Assembly (NCBI GenBank): GCA_043810925.1
Contig: JBDRNT010000106.1
Coordinates: forward strand, 28,942 to 92,941
DNA from: Candidatus Eiseniibacteriota bacterium
GTDB lineage: Bacteria; Arandabacterota; Arandabacteria; Arandabacterales; Arandabacteraceae
Direction of reading: 5' to 3'
Length of the DNA: 64,000 bases
Below, in pieces: positions 38,509 through 48,652 of this stretch (its first letter is position 1; every line of letters begins with the position of its first letter). Under the pieces are notes generated by a model. That model made no database searches. It was not told where the DNA came from and saw only the letters and a program-made list of their open reading frames with translations. Both the position numbers and the translations under genes were made by a program.

Positions 38509-39258
38509 ATGGATCTGGGTCTTAAAGGGAAGTCCGCAATTGTAACAGGTGGCAGCATGGGGATTGGCACTGCGGTTGCCCTTGCGCTGGGTGAGGAAGG
38601 CTGTAACGTGGCCTTAAACTACCGTCGCCACGACGCCGAGGCCAAAGAGGTTGTCCGTAAGATCACGGAGATGGGACCTAAGGGGCTTGCCATCAAGGCG
38701 GATGTATCAAGTTACGATGATGCTCAGAACATGGTCGAAACCGTGGTCAAGGAATTCGGCGGCCTCGACATCATGGTCTGCAATGCCGGGATCAATTGGG
38801 ACGGCGTTATCTGGAAGATGACCGAGAAGCAGTGGGACACCGTGATCAACGTCAACCTCAAGGGTTACTTTAACTATAACAAAGCGGCTGCCATGGTCTT
38901 TAAGGACCAGCGGCATGGTAAGATCGTAAACATCTCCTCAATAAACGGGCTCCGGGGCAAGTTCGCCCAGACCAACTACTCCGCCTCCAAGGGTGGCGAG
39001 ATTGCGATGAGTAAGGCCCTGGCCAAGGAACTCGGCAAGTTTAACGTCAACGTGAATGTGGTTGCCCCCGGGATGGTGATGACCGAGATGGCGACAAGCA
39101 TACCGCCTGAGTTCTTAAACAAGGCGGTGGATGAGACGGTCCTGGGCCGCATTGCATCGACGGAAGACTGCGCGAATGTCGTGGTCTTTCTCTGCTCGGA
39201 CAGGGCGCGCCACATCACGGGTGAGGTCATTAAGATCGACGGCGGCCAGTACATATAG
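38509..39258 (+). CDS. SDR family 3-oxoacyl-CoA/ACP reductase (FabG-like)
   Basis: TGGSMGIG, NAG, YSASK, IDGG. Confidence 0.92.
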   Translation: MDLGLKGKSAIVTGGSMGIGTAVALALGEEGCNVALNYRRHDAEAKEVVRKITEMGPKGLAIKADVSSYDDAQNMVETVVKEFGGLDIMVCNAGINWDGVIWKMTEKQWDTVINVNLKGYFNYNKAAAMVFKDQRHGKIVNISSINGLRGKFAQTNYSASKGGEIAMSKALAKELGKFNVNVNVVAPGMVMTEMATSIPPEFLNKAVDETVLGRIASTEDCANVVVFLCSDRARHITGEVIKIDGGQYI

Positions 39259-39271
39259 GAGGCAATGAGCT

Positions 39272-40426
39272 ATGACGAGAGTTGGAATCGTCGGTATCGG
39301 GCACACGGTCTTCGGCAGGCGAAGTGACGCCACGGTTCAGGAGCTGGCCTTCGAAGCTTTCAGAGACGCCGTTACCGACGCCGGGATAGATAAGAAAGAT
39401 ATAGATGCATCCGTGATTGGGTCAGTTCCCGAGTACCACAAACAGCGCTCCCTTCCGGGGGTTGTGCAGGAGTATCTGGGGCTTAACCCGAAACCTACCT
39501 GGCTGACCGAAGTCGCGTGTGCGTCGGGAAGCGCGGCCATGCGTACCGCGTGGATGGCGATCAAGGCCGGGGTCCACGACATCGTCTGCGTTATGGGATG
39601 TCAGAAGATGACCGAGCTTTCAACCCCTGAGATCCTCGCGCTTATGGGAAGGGTAGGGGAGGTCCAATGGGAAAGCGTCTTCGGCACTACGTTTCCAGGC
39701 TACTACGCCTTGTTTGCCACGCGGCACATGCATGAGTTCGGGACAACGCGTAAGCAGCTTCTTGAAGTGTCGGTCAAGAACCACTTCTACGGCGCCAAGA
39801 ATCCCTATGCGCTCTTTCAGAAAGAGATCACGCTGGAGAAAGCCATGGCATCCGAAGAAGTCTCAAGCCCGCTTCAGGTCTATGACTGCTGTGCCAATGC
39901 CGACGGAGCCGCATGTGTGATCCTGGTCAAGGAAGATCTGGCGAAGGAGATGTCGAAGAAGCCCGTCTGGCTTGCAGGTATGGGGTGTGCGACGGCCAGC
40001 ATGTCGGTCCTCAGGCGTCCGAGTCTTACCGGTCTACCGAGCGCCGAGAAGGCGGCCAAGGATGCCTACAAGATGGCCGGTGTTACCGCGAGCGACATCA
40101 GGGTGGCGCAGGTGCATGATTGCTTTAGCATCGCCGAGATCATGGCGTATGAGGACCTCGGGTTCTGTAAGAAGGGTGAGGGTGGGAAACTCATCGAAAA
40201 CCGCGAGACCTATATCGAGGGTAAGATACCCGTCAATGTCGATGGTGGTCTTAAGGCCAAGGGGCACCCCATCGGTGCCACGGGCGTATCCCAGACCTAT
40301 GAGATAACCAAACAACTCCGAGGTGAGGCAGGGGAGCGGCAGGTCCCCGATGCGGATATCGGCCTCACGCATAATGTCGGTGGGATCGGACAGTACTGCT
40401 TTGTCCAGGTCTTAAGGAGGGATTAG
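39272..40426 (+). CDS. thiolase (SCP-x/archaeal-type)
   Basis: EVACASG, HDCF, KGHPIGATG, HNVGG. Confidence 0.92.
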   Translation: MTRVGIVGIGHTVFGRRSDATVQELAFEAFRDAVTDAGIDKKDIDASVIGSVPEYHKQRSLPGVVQEYLGLNPKPTWLTEVACASGSAAMRTAWMAIKAGVHDIVCVMGCQKMTELSTPEILALMGRVGEVQWESVFGTTFPGYYALFATRHMHEFGTTRKQLLEVSVKNHFYGAKNPYALFQKEITLEKAMASEEVSSPLQVYDCCANADGAACVILVKEDLAKEMSKKPVWLAGMGCATASMSVLRRPSLTGLPSAEKAAKDAYKMAGVTASDIRVAQVHDCFSIAEIMAYEDLGFCKKGEGGKLIENRETYIEGKIPVNVDGGLKAKGHPIGATGVSQTYEITKQLRGEAGERQVPDADIGLTHNVGGIGQYCFVQVLRRD

Positions 40427-40430
40427 AGCA

Positions 40431-40883
40431 ATGTTTAAATGGTTCGGGAAGGTCAACTACTCACCCTATACAAAGGTTGCCGATTTCGCTCAGTACTTAA
40501 AGGACGGCCGGATCATGGCTTCGCGCTGTAAGAAGTGCGGCGTCACCTCGTTTCCACCGAGGGCCGACTGTGAAGTGTGCATGAGTCCCGATTTCGAATT
40601 CTTCGAAGTAAGCGGTAAGGCCAAACTCAATACGTTTACCAAGATCATTGCAGCCCCCACAGGCTTTGAGGATGTGACACCCTATATCGTCGGCGTGGTG
40701 GACTTAGAAGAAGGGGGGAGGGCCCTCGCCTGGTTTGGGGAGAGTATCAAGGAAGACAACATCAAGATCGGGATGGATCTTCAACTCGTCCCCCAGATCT
40801 TTGACGAGTTAGAGGAGATCAAGGTCTACTACAGTTTCGAAAAACCGGGGACGAAGTGGGCCAAGGTGAGTTCCGCCCGTTGA
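40431..40883 (+). CDS. Zn-ribbon OB-fold DUF35 thiolase partner
   Basis: RCKKCG..FPPRADCEVC followed by an OB-fold. Confidence 0.9.
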   Translation: MFKWFGKVNYSPYTKVADFAQYLKDGRIMASRCKKCGVTSFPPRADCEVCMSPDFEFFEVSGKAKLNTFTKIIAAPTGFEDVTPYIVGVVDLEEGGRALAWFGESIKEDNIKIGMDLQLVPQIFDELEEIKVYYSFEKPGTKWAKVSSAR

Positions 40884-41107
40884 GAAGGTCGAACGGTGCA
40901 GTTCAGGCGGCAAAGGCAGTCCGCCCAATCCTATTCTTTTGACCGATCGGCCCGGTCCGTGATACCATTTCCCGGCTATCGGGACGCCTGTCTTTACGCG
41001 TCGGCACGGCAGGAGAACATCTTTTAACGTATGCATCCCTGTATCCTGAGTACTTCACCCAGCAGGTTTCTGTCAAAGGAGGTAGGTCCGTGTTCTGCAT
41101 CAACACC

Positions 41108-44092
41108 ATGCGTGTATCCCTTGTAGTAGCAGCCCTCACGATTCTTGTCTGGACCGGCATCGCCGCAGCGGACGTTCCGAGGAAGTTCAACTACCAGGGC
41201 AGGCTCACCGACAGTGCTACGGGTGATCCCCTTGTAGGTCCCCAGGATGTCACGTTCCGGGTCTATGACCACGCCTCGGATGGAAGTCTGCTCTGGTCTG
41301 AGGAGCAGACTCTCTTACCGGATCCCACAGGGGTCATTGCAACCATCCTTGGAAGTGTCGACTCGATCGATGTCGAATTCAATGGACCCGTGTGGCTTGA
41401 AGTCGAAGTTGCTGGAGAGATTCTCATGCCGCGCCGGGAGATCGTGAGTGTGCCATTTGCACTTCGGGCAGGAAGCGCCGATGAGGCCGACAGTGCCGAT
41501 TATGCCACGAGTGCGGATACGGCCCTGAGCGCTGCCCATGCCTTGAGTGCCGACACGGCAACCAGCGCAGCTCACGCGGAGACCTCAGATCATGCCACGA
41601 GCTCCGACAGTCTCGCGGGCTACGCCGCCGGCGACTTTGCCGCTGCGATGCATCTCCACGATGAGCGGTACTACACCCAGGATTCACTGAGTGTGGCAGG
41701 GACACTCAACGATACTGCTAATCCAGTCGACTGGAGTAAGCTTAAGGGTGTGCCCGCAGGGTTCGCCGATGGAACGGATGATGGTGGCGGTGGGATCGGT
41801 GATGGCCATTCACTCGATGCGGTAGATGGTAACCCGACAGATGCCCTCTATGTGGACGTCCGAGGTGATGTCGGCATCGGGACAACTGACGCGTCAACAA
41901 AGCTCCATGTGTATGAAGACACCGACGGTCAGATCGGGATAACGATCGAGAATCCAAACACCGGCAGCCTATCGGCCGAACGCATCTCATTCAATGATGA
42001 AAATGGTGGGGTCGCCGCGATCCTCACATACGATCCTGAACACCCGTCATTTCCAAATGGCATGCGCATGTTCAACAATCGCCCCGGTGGCGGTATCGGG
42101 TTCCGGATCAATGGAAGCTCGGATCTTGTGCGTTTGAAGGGCGACAATGTCGGGATCGGAACGACCACGCCTGCTGAGAGGCTCGATGTAGCCGGGACAA
42201 CTCGGATGACCGGCTTTAAGATGCCCACCGGTGCGGCCAACGGCTATGTTCTTAAATCCGATGCCACAGGCACGGGCACCTGGCAGCCTGCCGCAGTCGG
42301 TGACGGCCATTCGCTCGACGCCGCCGACGGCAGTCCCGTCGATGCGCTCTATGTTGCCAACAATGGGCACGTTGGTATCGGGACTGCGAGTCCCCAGGAA
42401 ATTCTTCATCTTGATGGTGGCAGTAGCCGCGAGGGCTTTGTGCGGTTTACCCATGACAACGTCGGCGCTACCGTGAATGACGGTTTTACTGTGGGTATCG
42501 ATGAAGATGGTGATGCCAGGCTCTGGAATCACGAAACCAGATACCTGAGTCTTGCCACAGGCGATACTGAGCGAATCAGAATCACCGGTGACGGCGATGT
42601 CGGCATAGGAACTTACGCCCCTGCCAATGAGCTCCACTTGCATAAGTCTGCGGCGGAGAACTCCTACTTTACCATAACCAATGAAGTTACCGGCACTACC
42701 TCCAATGATGGTCTGTTGTTGGGTGTGGATTTCGGGGGTAGGGCCTACGTGATCAACAAGGAAGGCACAGCACTCAATTTCGGCGCTGCTAACCACGTCT
42801 ATCAAACGATAACCAACGACGGCAAGGTCGGTATCGGAACCAGTACACCTGCATACCAGTTCCATGTGCACGAGCCTGTCGGTGGATTCTGCTACGGTCT
42901 CATAACCAGCGAGCCGACCGGAGATACATTCGACGACGGTCTGAAATTCGGAGTGAATTCACCCGTGGATGCCTTCATCGTGAACCAGGAGGATGGTCCC
43001 CTACAACTCGGGGCCGGCGGCTTTTACAGGCTCACAATTGCGAGTGATGGTAAGGTGGGGATCGGGACAAACACCCCCGAGCACAATCTGCAAGTTCATC
43101 AGATAGGTGGTAGCCAATGTTATGCACAGTTCACAAATGGACCGACCGGCTACGGCGAGAACGACGGCCTCACAGTGGGACTCGACCAGTCTGGCAACGG
43201 CTTAATCTGGCAACACGAGAACGCGCCGCTTTTCATCGGCACCAATAACACGAATGCGATGTCTATCAAATCAAACGGGAATGTCGGTCTGGGGTTCCTT
43301 CTGCCTGAGGTGAAGCTCGCTGTGGAAGGGGTTGTACGTGTGGAAGGTGATGCGTGGCCGGTCGCCGGGGAAGGGATGGAGCTTGCATACAACTCGGTTG
43401 CGGATAGAGGCTACATCCAGGTGTATGACAGAAACCTCTCGAGTTGGGGTGAACTCTATCTCGGCAACGGCAATGTCGGCATAGGGAAGTTGGACCCGGC
43501 GACCTTGCTCCATCTGCGGGGCGAGGACCCCTATATCACTGTTTCCACGACCGCAAATGAGGCGGGAATAAGGCTTGCAAAGAACGATGCCACCGAGTGG
43601 GAGTGGGGCTGGAATGAGGGCAGTGGCTATACCTACTTCTGGGGATCGGGTGGAGCAGGTACCAGCCTTGTGATCGAGGATGCGACCGGCGAGGTCGGCA
43701 TAGGGACATCGACTCCCAGCTTCCCGCTCGATGTTGCAGGTGCGGCCCACGCGTCGAGTCATCCTACCTCCTCAGATGAGAGATTCAAGCGGGACGTGAG
43801 GCAGCTCTCCGGAGTCCTCGATAGGCTCCAACGTATCCGCGGCGTGTCATTCGAGTGGAACGCGCTCTATGAGTCGCTCGGGCGTGCCTCCGGCCACAGG
43901 GAGATCGGGGTGATCGCCCAGGAGGTCGAAGCCGAGTTTCCCGAGCTCGTAACCACATGGGGCGAGGAAGACTACCGCGCGGTGGAATACGGCCGCATGA
44001 CCGGGGTCCTGATTGAAGCCATAAAGGAACTGCGGGCTGAGAACGAGGCCTTAAGACAGCGAGTCGAAGCGCTTGAAGGAGCGATGAACTAG
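41108..44092 (+). CDS. secreted fibre-like repeat protein with C-terminal intramolecular chaperone (peptidase S74-like)
   Basis: Signal peptide, VPRKFNYQGRL, SVPFAL, multiple G.VGIGT repeats, SSDERFK...IGVIAQEVE...YGRMTGVLIEAIKEL plus coiled coil. GTG 41090 is an alternative start. Confidence 0.85.
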   Translation: MRVSLVVAALTILVWTGIAAADVPRKFNYQGRLTDSATGDPLVGPQDVTFRVYDHASDGSLLWSEEQTLLPDPTGVIATILGSVDSIDVEFNGPVWLEVEVAGEILMPRREIVSVPFALRAGSADEADSADYATSADTALSAAHALSADTATSAAHAETSDHATSSDSLAGYAAGDFAAAMHLHDERYYTQDSLSVAGTLNDTANPVDWSKLKGVPAGFADGTDDGGGGIGDGHSLDAVDGNPTDALYVDVRGDVGIGTTDASTKLHVYEDTDGQIGITIENPNTGSLSAERISFNDENGGVAAILTYDPEHPSFPNGMRMFNNRPGGGIGFRINGSSDLVRLKGDNVGIGTTTPAERLDVAGTTRMTGFKMPTGAANGYVLKSDATGTGTWQPAAVGDGHSLDAADGSPVDALYVANNGHVGIGTASPQEILHLDGGSSREGFVRFTHDNVGATVNDGFTVGIDEDGDARLWNHETRYLSLATGDTERIRITGDGDVGIGTYAPANELHLHKSAAENSYFTITNEVTGTTSNDGLLLGVDFGGRAYVINKEGTALNFGAANHVYQTITNDGKVGIGTSTPAYQFHVHEPVGGFCYGLITSEPTGDTFDDGLKFGVNSPVDAFIVNQEDGPLQLGAGGFYRLTIASDGKVGIGTNTPEHNLQVHQIGGSQCYAQFTNGPTGYGENDGLTVGLDQSGNGLIWQHENAPLFIGTNNTNAMSIKSNGNVGLGFLLPEVKLAVEGVVRVEGDAWPVAGEGMELAYNSVADRGYIQVYDRNLSSWGELYLGNGNVGIGKLDPATLLHLRGEDPYITVSTTANEAGIRLAKNDATEWEWGWNEGSGYTYFWGSGGAGTSLVIEDATGEVGIGTSTPSFPLDVAGAAHASSHPTSSDERFKRDVRQLSGVLDRLQRIRGVSFEWNALYESLGRASGHREIGVIAQEVEAEFPELVTTWGEEDYRAVEYGRMTGVLIEAIKELRAENEALRQRVEALEGAMN

Positions 44093-44165
44093 CGCCACAT
44101 TCGCCCGCTCCGGATATCGGTCGTGGCTGCCGGCCGCCTGCGCGTGCCATGGCGCTAGAACAAAA

Positions 44166-44198
44166 GAAGGGGGCACACCCTTAAGGCATACCCCCTTC
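44166..44198 (-). terminator. intrinsic terminator
   Basis: GAAGGGGG/CCCCCTTC stem followed by TTTT on the minus strand, after 44239-47763. Confidence 0.65.
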
Positions 44199-44238
44199 GC
44201 CGGTATGACAATCGCATACACCACACAGATTCGTGCGG

Positions 44239-47200
44239 TTACTTCATATGCACCAGCTTTTCAATCGCCACCATGTCGGCAGTGGTCATGCGACAGAAGT
44301 AAACACCGCGGGCAACTCTTTCACCCCTCGCGTCTTTTCCGTCCCACACGGCACTGTGCTGACCTGCAGGTAGCGAGCCGTCCACCAATGTCGCCACCAA
44401 CTGGCCGTTGACATTGTAGACATTCAGACTGACTTGGCCGGCAGTGGCCATCGTGAACTTGACCGTCGTACCGTCCGAGAACGGGTTGGGTGCAATCGGC
44501 CCGAGCGCATACTCCATCTTACGCTCGGTCATGTCACCTATGATCACAGCCTCTATGTCATTGAAGTGAGCCGACACGATGCTGACCTCGCCCGCCGTCG
44601 TAGGAATCGGCTGATAGTTCTTCGTAAGCACGATATTGACTATCTTGCCGTCGCCGCTAAATGTGGACATTCCTGCCATTCCAATACGCAGCGTCCCGCC
44701 GATCGGGTTAAAGGCCATCGAGAAGCCGCTCGCAAGACCGATGGCATCGACATCGTCCACGCTGAAGGCCCCGGGATTGAAATCGACCACTATGTCGGCC
44801 GCCATCACTTGATAGGCATGCTCCACCTTGATGGGTATCTCGACCCGGTCATCGTAGTGGACCGGCCAACCCAGCTTGACCGCGGCAGTGCTGATTACGT
44901 CTGCCACACGACCACCAGGCGGACACTCGGGACAGCCGTTGACATCACCGTACTGGACACCGATCCAGTCGACAGTTCCGGGACAACTGGTAATACAGTT
45001 ACCCGGGATCGCATAGAACTTCCACATGTCGGGACACGGGAAGAGGTTGATGAGACCCACCGCGTACTGCAGAATGTAGGATGCATCAAGTGATGTTATC
45101 CTGCCGCTACAGTTCACATCGGCTGCTACCTGCTGTGGGAAGATTGTGTTTCCCCAGTAGGTAAACGGGCAGTCATCCAGATCATCCAGGCACACCACGT
45201 TCTGAAGCACAAGGGCTGCATCCATCGAGGTGACACATGGAAGGATCGGACAGTAGTCGATGTTTACGCAGTAGCAGCCACCGACATCTGTCAGAGGATC
45301 GAGACAGTCGAACAGATAGGAACCGCCACACCTCGTGTACTGGCTCGCGATGGGGTTACCCAGGCAGTCGGTAAGATGCATGTAGGCACCGTCGAGCTGC
45401 CTGATGAAGTAAGGTTCGTCACACTCATCATAGCAGCACTTCCAGTAGTTAACGACACCCTCGACATCACACCAGTCGACACAGATCTCGGCGTCCTGCC
45501 AGCAAACGTGAAGCGGATCCTCAGGATCGTAGAGGTTGATGTGGGTGAACGTGAGATCACAGCACATGCACGGCTTAGCATTCGTGCTCACGGCAAACTT
45601 AAGATAGAAGAGCACGCCCTCACCCTCAAGCGGTGTCGAGCCTGCACCTGCTATGCTGATACAGTCATCACCACAGGGACCGCATACGGGATCCCCCCAG
45701 CCTGAAGCGGCCATCACATCGCCGATCACGCAGTACTCAAACTCAAGGAGCCCGACGGGGAGTTCGCACCAGCATAGCTCCATATCGAATCCCATGATGC
45801 CCCAGCCCGTGACGTCCTGGATATAGATGGGAACTAAGACATTGTCACCGGGATTGACGATCATATCCTCTAGCCAGACATCGATGCCTCTATCCGCCAC
45901 GGTAACTTCCTGCTCACAGGTGCTTGAGTTACCTGAGAAGTCGGTAGCGGTGAATGTTACGACCGTCGTCCCGAGCGGGAAGAGCGCCGGTGCATCATTG
46001 GTGATCACCGGGTTGGGATCGACTATGTCCGTCGCCGAGACACCTGCCCAGAATGTATCGAGCTGCGGATCGGTCGCATACGTTCCGGCAGGGCCGTTAC
46101 ACTCAACGGTGATCTCATCCGGACACGTGATATCCGGCGGGGTCGTATCTTCGACAGTTACATCTGCCTGGCAGCTGGCTGAGTTTCCGGCATTGTCGGT
46201 CCCAGTGAAAGTCACGGTCGTAGGACCGAGCGGAAAACACGTCGGGCGGTTATCGGTTATGCTTGGACCGGGATCGCAATTGTCATCCGCAGATACACCC
46301 GCGAAGAATCCAGCAAGCTGTGGATCACTGGATGGTGTGCCGCAAGCGTCCGTGGCCTCGACAGTAACATTTCCAGGGCACGTGATCACCGGAGGTGTGT
46401 TGTCTACCACAGTCACGACACCTGTGCACTCGACCTCCCATGCATGGTCATCCCTCACCGTGAGTGTCACCGTCGTCTGTCCGAGTGGGTAGGGGCCGGG
46501 TGGAGTCTGCGTCATCCAGACGGGTGCGCCCTCGGGATCGTAGGAGCCGTTATCGATGTTGGCATAGGCCTGGCAGTAGGCATCCGCCGACACCGTGACG
46601 TTCTTACACAGAGCGACCGGAGGATCGTTTAAGACTCTCGGGAGCACAGGGACAACAGCAAGTGTCTGGTCACCCTCGAAACGCATGCAGCTTCCCGAAG
46701 CGCATGATGGGTAGTCAGCGAGTGCCTGGTCGAAGGCTGCCTTGACCGTCGAGCCGCCATTCATGTAACCGAACAGCGCCTGTTGCCAGAGAATCGAATA
46801 GCTGTACCAGCAATCGTCGCACTCGGCCTGATCCATGTGGCAGTATCCGACCGTTGTCGCATCGACGCTCAAGCCCTTCCTGAATTCGTAGGAAAGGGTG
46901 TTGTCCCCGGTGTCGCACATGCCGGCGCAGCTGCCTATGAAAGCAAACGGCATCGCGGCATAGCCCTGCATCCAGGTCTCGATCAAGGCCGGCGTCGTGG
47001 CATCATAGTTGTTGCCGTCGGAGCAACCACTGTTGAAGCCGTACGAGCCTCCGTGCGCCAGCTCGTAGAACATCGCTGTAGTGTTGCTCTGTATGTGACC
47101 CTGGACCTGAGCCTCGGTTGGCCACCGTATGGCTTCCGTCGAATAGCCCATGGCGTTAAACCAGTCGCGGGCATCCTCATACCATGGTGCCCAGTCCCCT

Positions 47201-47763
47201 GAGCAAGGCGTGTGATCCGTCGGGCCCGTGAGCGAGAACGCATCGAAGGGAGGTGGAACGCCATTGCCCACGATTCGACCCTCGACAGCATCGATCACGG
47301 TCACCCTCTGGTAACCATCGACGATGCTCCTTACGACCCAGCAGGGATTCGTGGGAGTCGGGTCGAAGGGAAACACGGGTGAGTCCGGCGCTATGTAGTA
47401 CATGCGGCTGAACTGCACCTCGCCCTCGACCATCGCCTCCGCCTGTGCAATGTTGATTATCAATTCGGGCAACTGCTCGGGGATGTCATCGCGCCAGTTG
47501 GTCTTCCTGGCTACCAGATCCTCGGTCTCCTTGTCGAACTGATAGACTATGTAGTCACCCATCACGGTGACATGGCGAACCATCCGCTGGTGGAAGTAGA
47601 CCAGGAGGTCCCCGATCTCCATCTGCTGGAAGTCTCTGTCCTCGGGTTCATTATCGTTGACATAGTCTTCCGCGTTGCGCGAGAATGTCGAACCGGCCAT
47701 CAGGATTGTCACCAGGGATGCGGCCAGTACTATTGCTATCCAGTGGTTCTTTATCGTCTTCAA
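44239..47763 (-). CDS. large secreted modular protein: putative clan-CD peptidase-like domain, HYR repeats, cohesin- and dockerin-like domains, FlgD-Ig C-terminal domain
   Basis: Signal peptide; AHG...IGSC; FPLGTTVVTFTATD.SGN HYR repeats; ADVNCSGRITSLDASYILQ dockerin-like; APNPF...WDGKDARGERVARGVYF. Confidence 0.8.
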   Translation of the reverse strand: MKTIKNHWIAIVLAASLVTILMAGSTFSRNAEDYVNDNEPEDRDFQQMEIGDLLVYFHQRMVRHVTVMGDYIVYQFDKETEDLVARKTNWRDDIPEQLPELIINIAQAEAMVEGEVQFSRMYYIAPDSPVFPFDPTPTNPCWVVRSIVDGYQRVTVIDAVEGRIVGNGVPPPFDAFSLTGPTDHTPCSGDWAPWYEDARDWFNAMGYSTEAIRWPTEAQVQGHIQSNTTAMFYELAHGGSYGFNSGCSDGNNYDATTPALIETWMQGYAAMPFAFIGSCAGMCDTGDNTLSYEFRKGLSVDATTVGYCHMDQAECDDCWYSYSILWQQALFGYMNGGSTVKAAFDQALADYPSCASGSCMRFEGDQTLAVVPVLPRVLNDPPVALCKNVTVSADAYCQAYANIDNGSYDPEGAPVWMTQTPPGPYPLGQTTVTLTVRDDHAWEVECTGVVTVVDNTPPVITCPGNVTVEATDACGTPSSDPQLAGFFAGVSADDNCDPGPSITDNRPTCFPLGPTTVTFTGTDNAGNSASCQADVTVEDTTPPDITCPDEITVECNGPAGTYATDPQLDTFWAGVSATDIVDPNPVITNDAPALFPLGTTVVTFTATDFSGNSSTCEQEVTVADRGIDVWLEDMIVNPGDNVLVPIYIQDVTGWGIMGFDMELCWCELPVGLLEFEYCVIGDVMAASGWGDPVCGPCGDDCISIAGAGSTPLEGEGVLFYLKFAVSTNAKPCMCCDLTFTHINLYDPEDPLHVCWQDAEICVDWCDVEGVVNYWKCCYDECDEPYFIRQLDGAYMHLTDCLGNPIASQYTRCGGSYLFDCLDPLTDVGGCYCVNIDYCPILPCVTSMDAALVLQNVVCLDDLDDCPFTYWGNTIFPQQVAADVNCSGRITSLDASYILQYAVGLINLFPCPDMWKFYAIPGNCITSCPGTVDWIGVQYGDVNGCPECPPGGRVADVISTAAVKLGWPVHYDDRVEIPIKVEHAYQVMAADIVVDFNPGAFSVDDVDAIGLASGFSMAFNPIGGTLRIGMAGMSTFSGDGKIVNIVLTKNYQPIPTTAGEVSIVSAHFNDIEAVIIGDMTERKMEYALGPIAPNPFSDGTTVKFTMATAGQVSLNVYNVNGQLVATLVDGSLPAGQHSAVWDGKDARGERVARGVYFCRMTTADMVAIEKLVHMK

Positions 47764-48287
47764 CTTGTTATTCCCCCTTTCAGCGAAACTTGGTGTTTCA
47801 GTGATTGCGGACCGCTGTGGTGCGGCCCTTCACGGGGGACGTGCCTGTGTCCTGCGTGCACGCTCCCTTGCCTGAGGATGTGCTACCTAGGGTTGTGCGA
47901 GCTTGTATTGCTCCACTTCTTGCTCTACTCAAGGTTGTGCCCGGCCCACGTACGTGCTGAGATTCACCTCCTTTGTATTCGATCTTCCCGGCCAGGCGTG
48001 CCAAATATACTTCTCCTCTTTGGCACCTCCATGTGCTAACAACAAAAACCCGCAATTCTGCTGCCAATCGTGGATAGTATCACACCTATCCTGCATAGTC
48101 AACGCAAAACCCCGCATTTCATGGGGAAGGGGGGCTAGGGAAAGGGATGGATGGTGAGCGTCAGACATCTTGGCCTAACGCAAGCCAAACTCCTGCACAA
48201 AGAGACAGATTGTCCAGGCAAGTCAAAATACAACCAAAGTCGACAATGTGATGCTGTCCGTTTCACATGAAACCGGGCCTAACAGAG

Positions 48288-48423
48288 TGGACCTGCCCTC
48301 GCTGGGTAACCTGCCGGACCGCCCCTTCCTTGAACTCCGCCGTGAATCGCCTCTGGCTCATCGACACCCTCCTTACGGCTCAAGGATAACCTAAGAAGTG
48401 TCTAATGAACCGGGGGAAGTCCA
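48288..48423 (-). mobile_element. internally deleted IS3-family remnant
   Basis: The right part matches the left end of the IS at 61270-61336 and encodes MSQRRFTAEFKEGAVRQVTQRG; the left boundary TGGACCTGCCC resembles the other IR. Confidence 0.8.
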
Positions 48424-48652
48424 CTTCGAAAACTGCCACCCCCTCCCAATTCCGCACACAGATCATTACACCACCGGCTCGTTGCCTCATTGACAAGGGC
48501 AATCAGGCTCTGGTAAGATATCCCTCGCGAGAAGGAAGCTACTGCTCCATCATGGCTTCCATGAAGTGTATCTCACGATTTAACGTTCGGTAAGGGCACG
48601 TGCGGATCATCCACGCGAGGCTTGGCAAGTCAGTTTGAGAAAGGAGTACATC

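Noticed and set aside
41090-44092. Prophage
   Set aside because: No capsid, terminase, integrase or lysis genes, and the protein has a signal peptide.
47764-48280. Riboswitch in the long leader of the 1174-aa gene
   Set aside because: No recognisable c-di-GMP, cobalamin, TPP or SAM consensus by eye; an Rfam scan would be needed.
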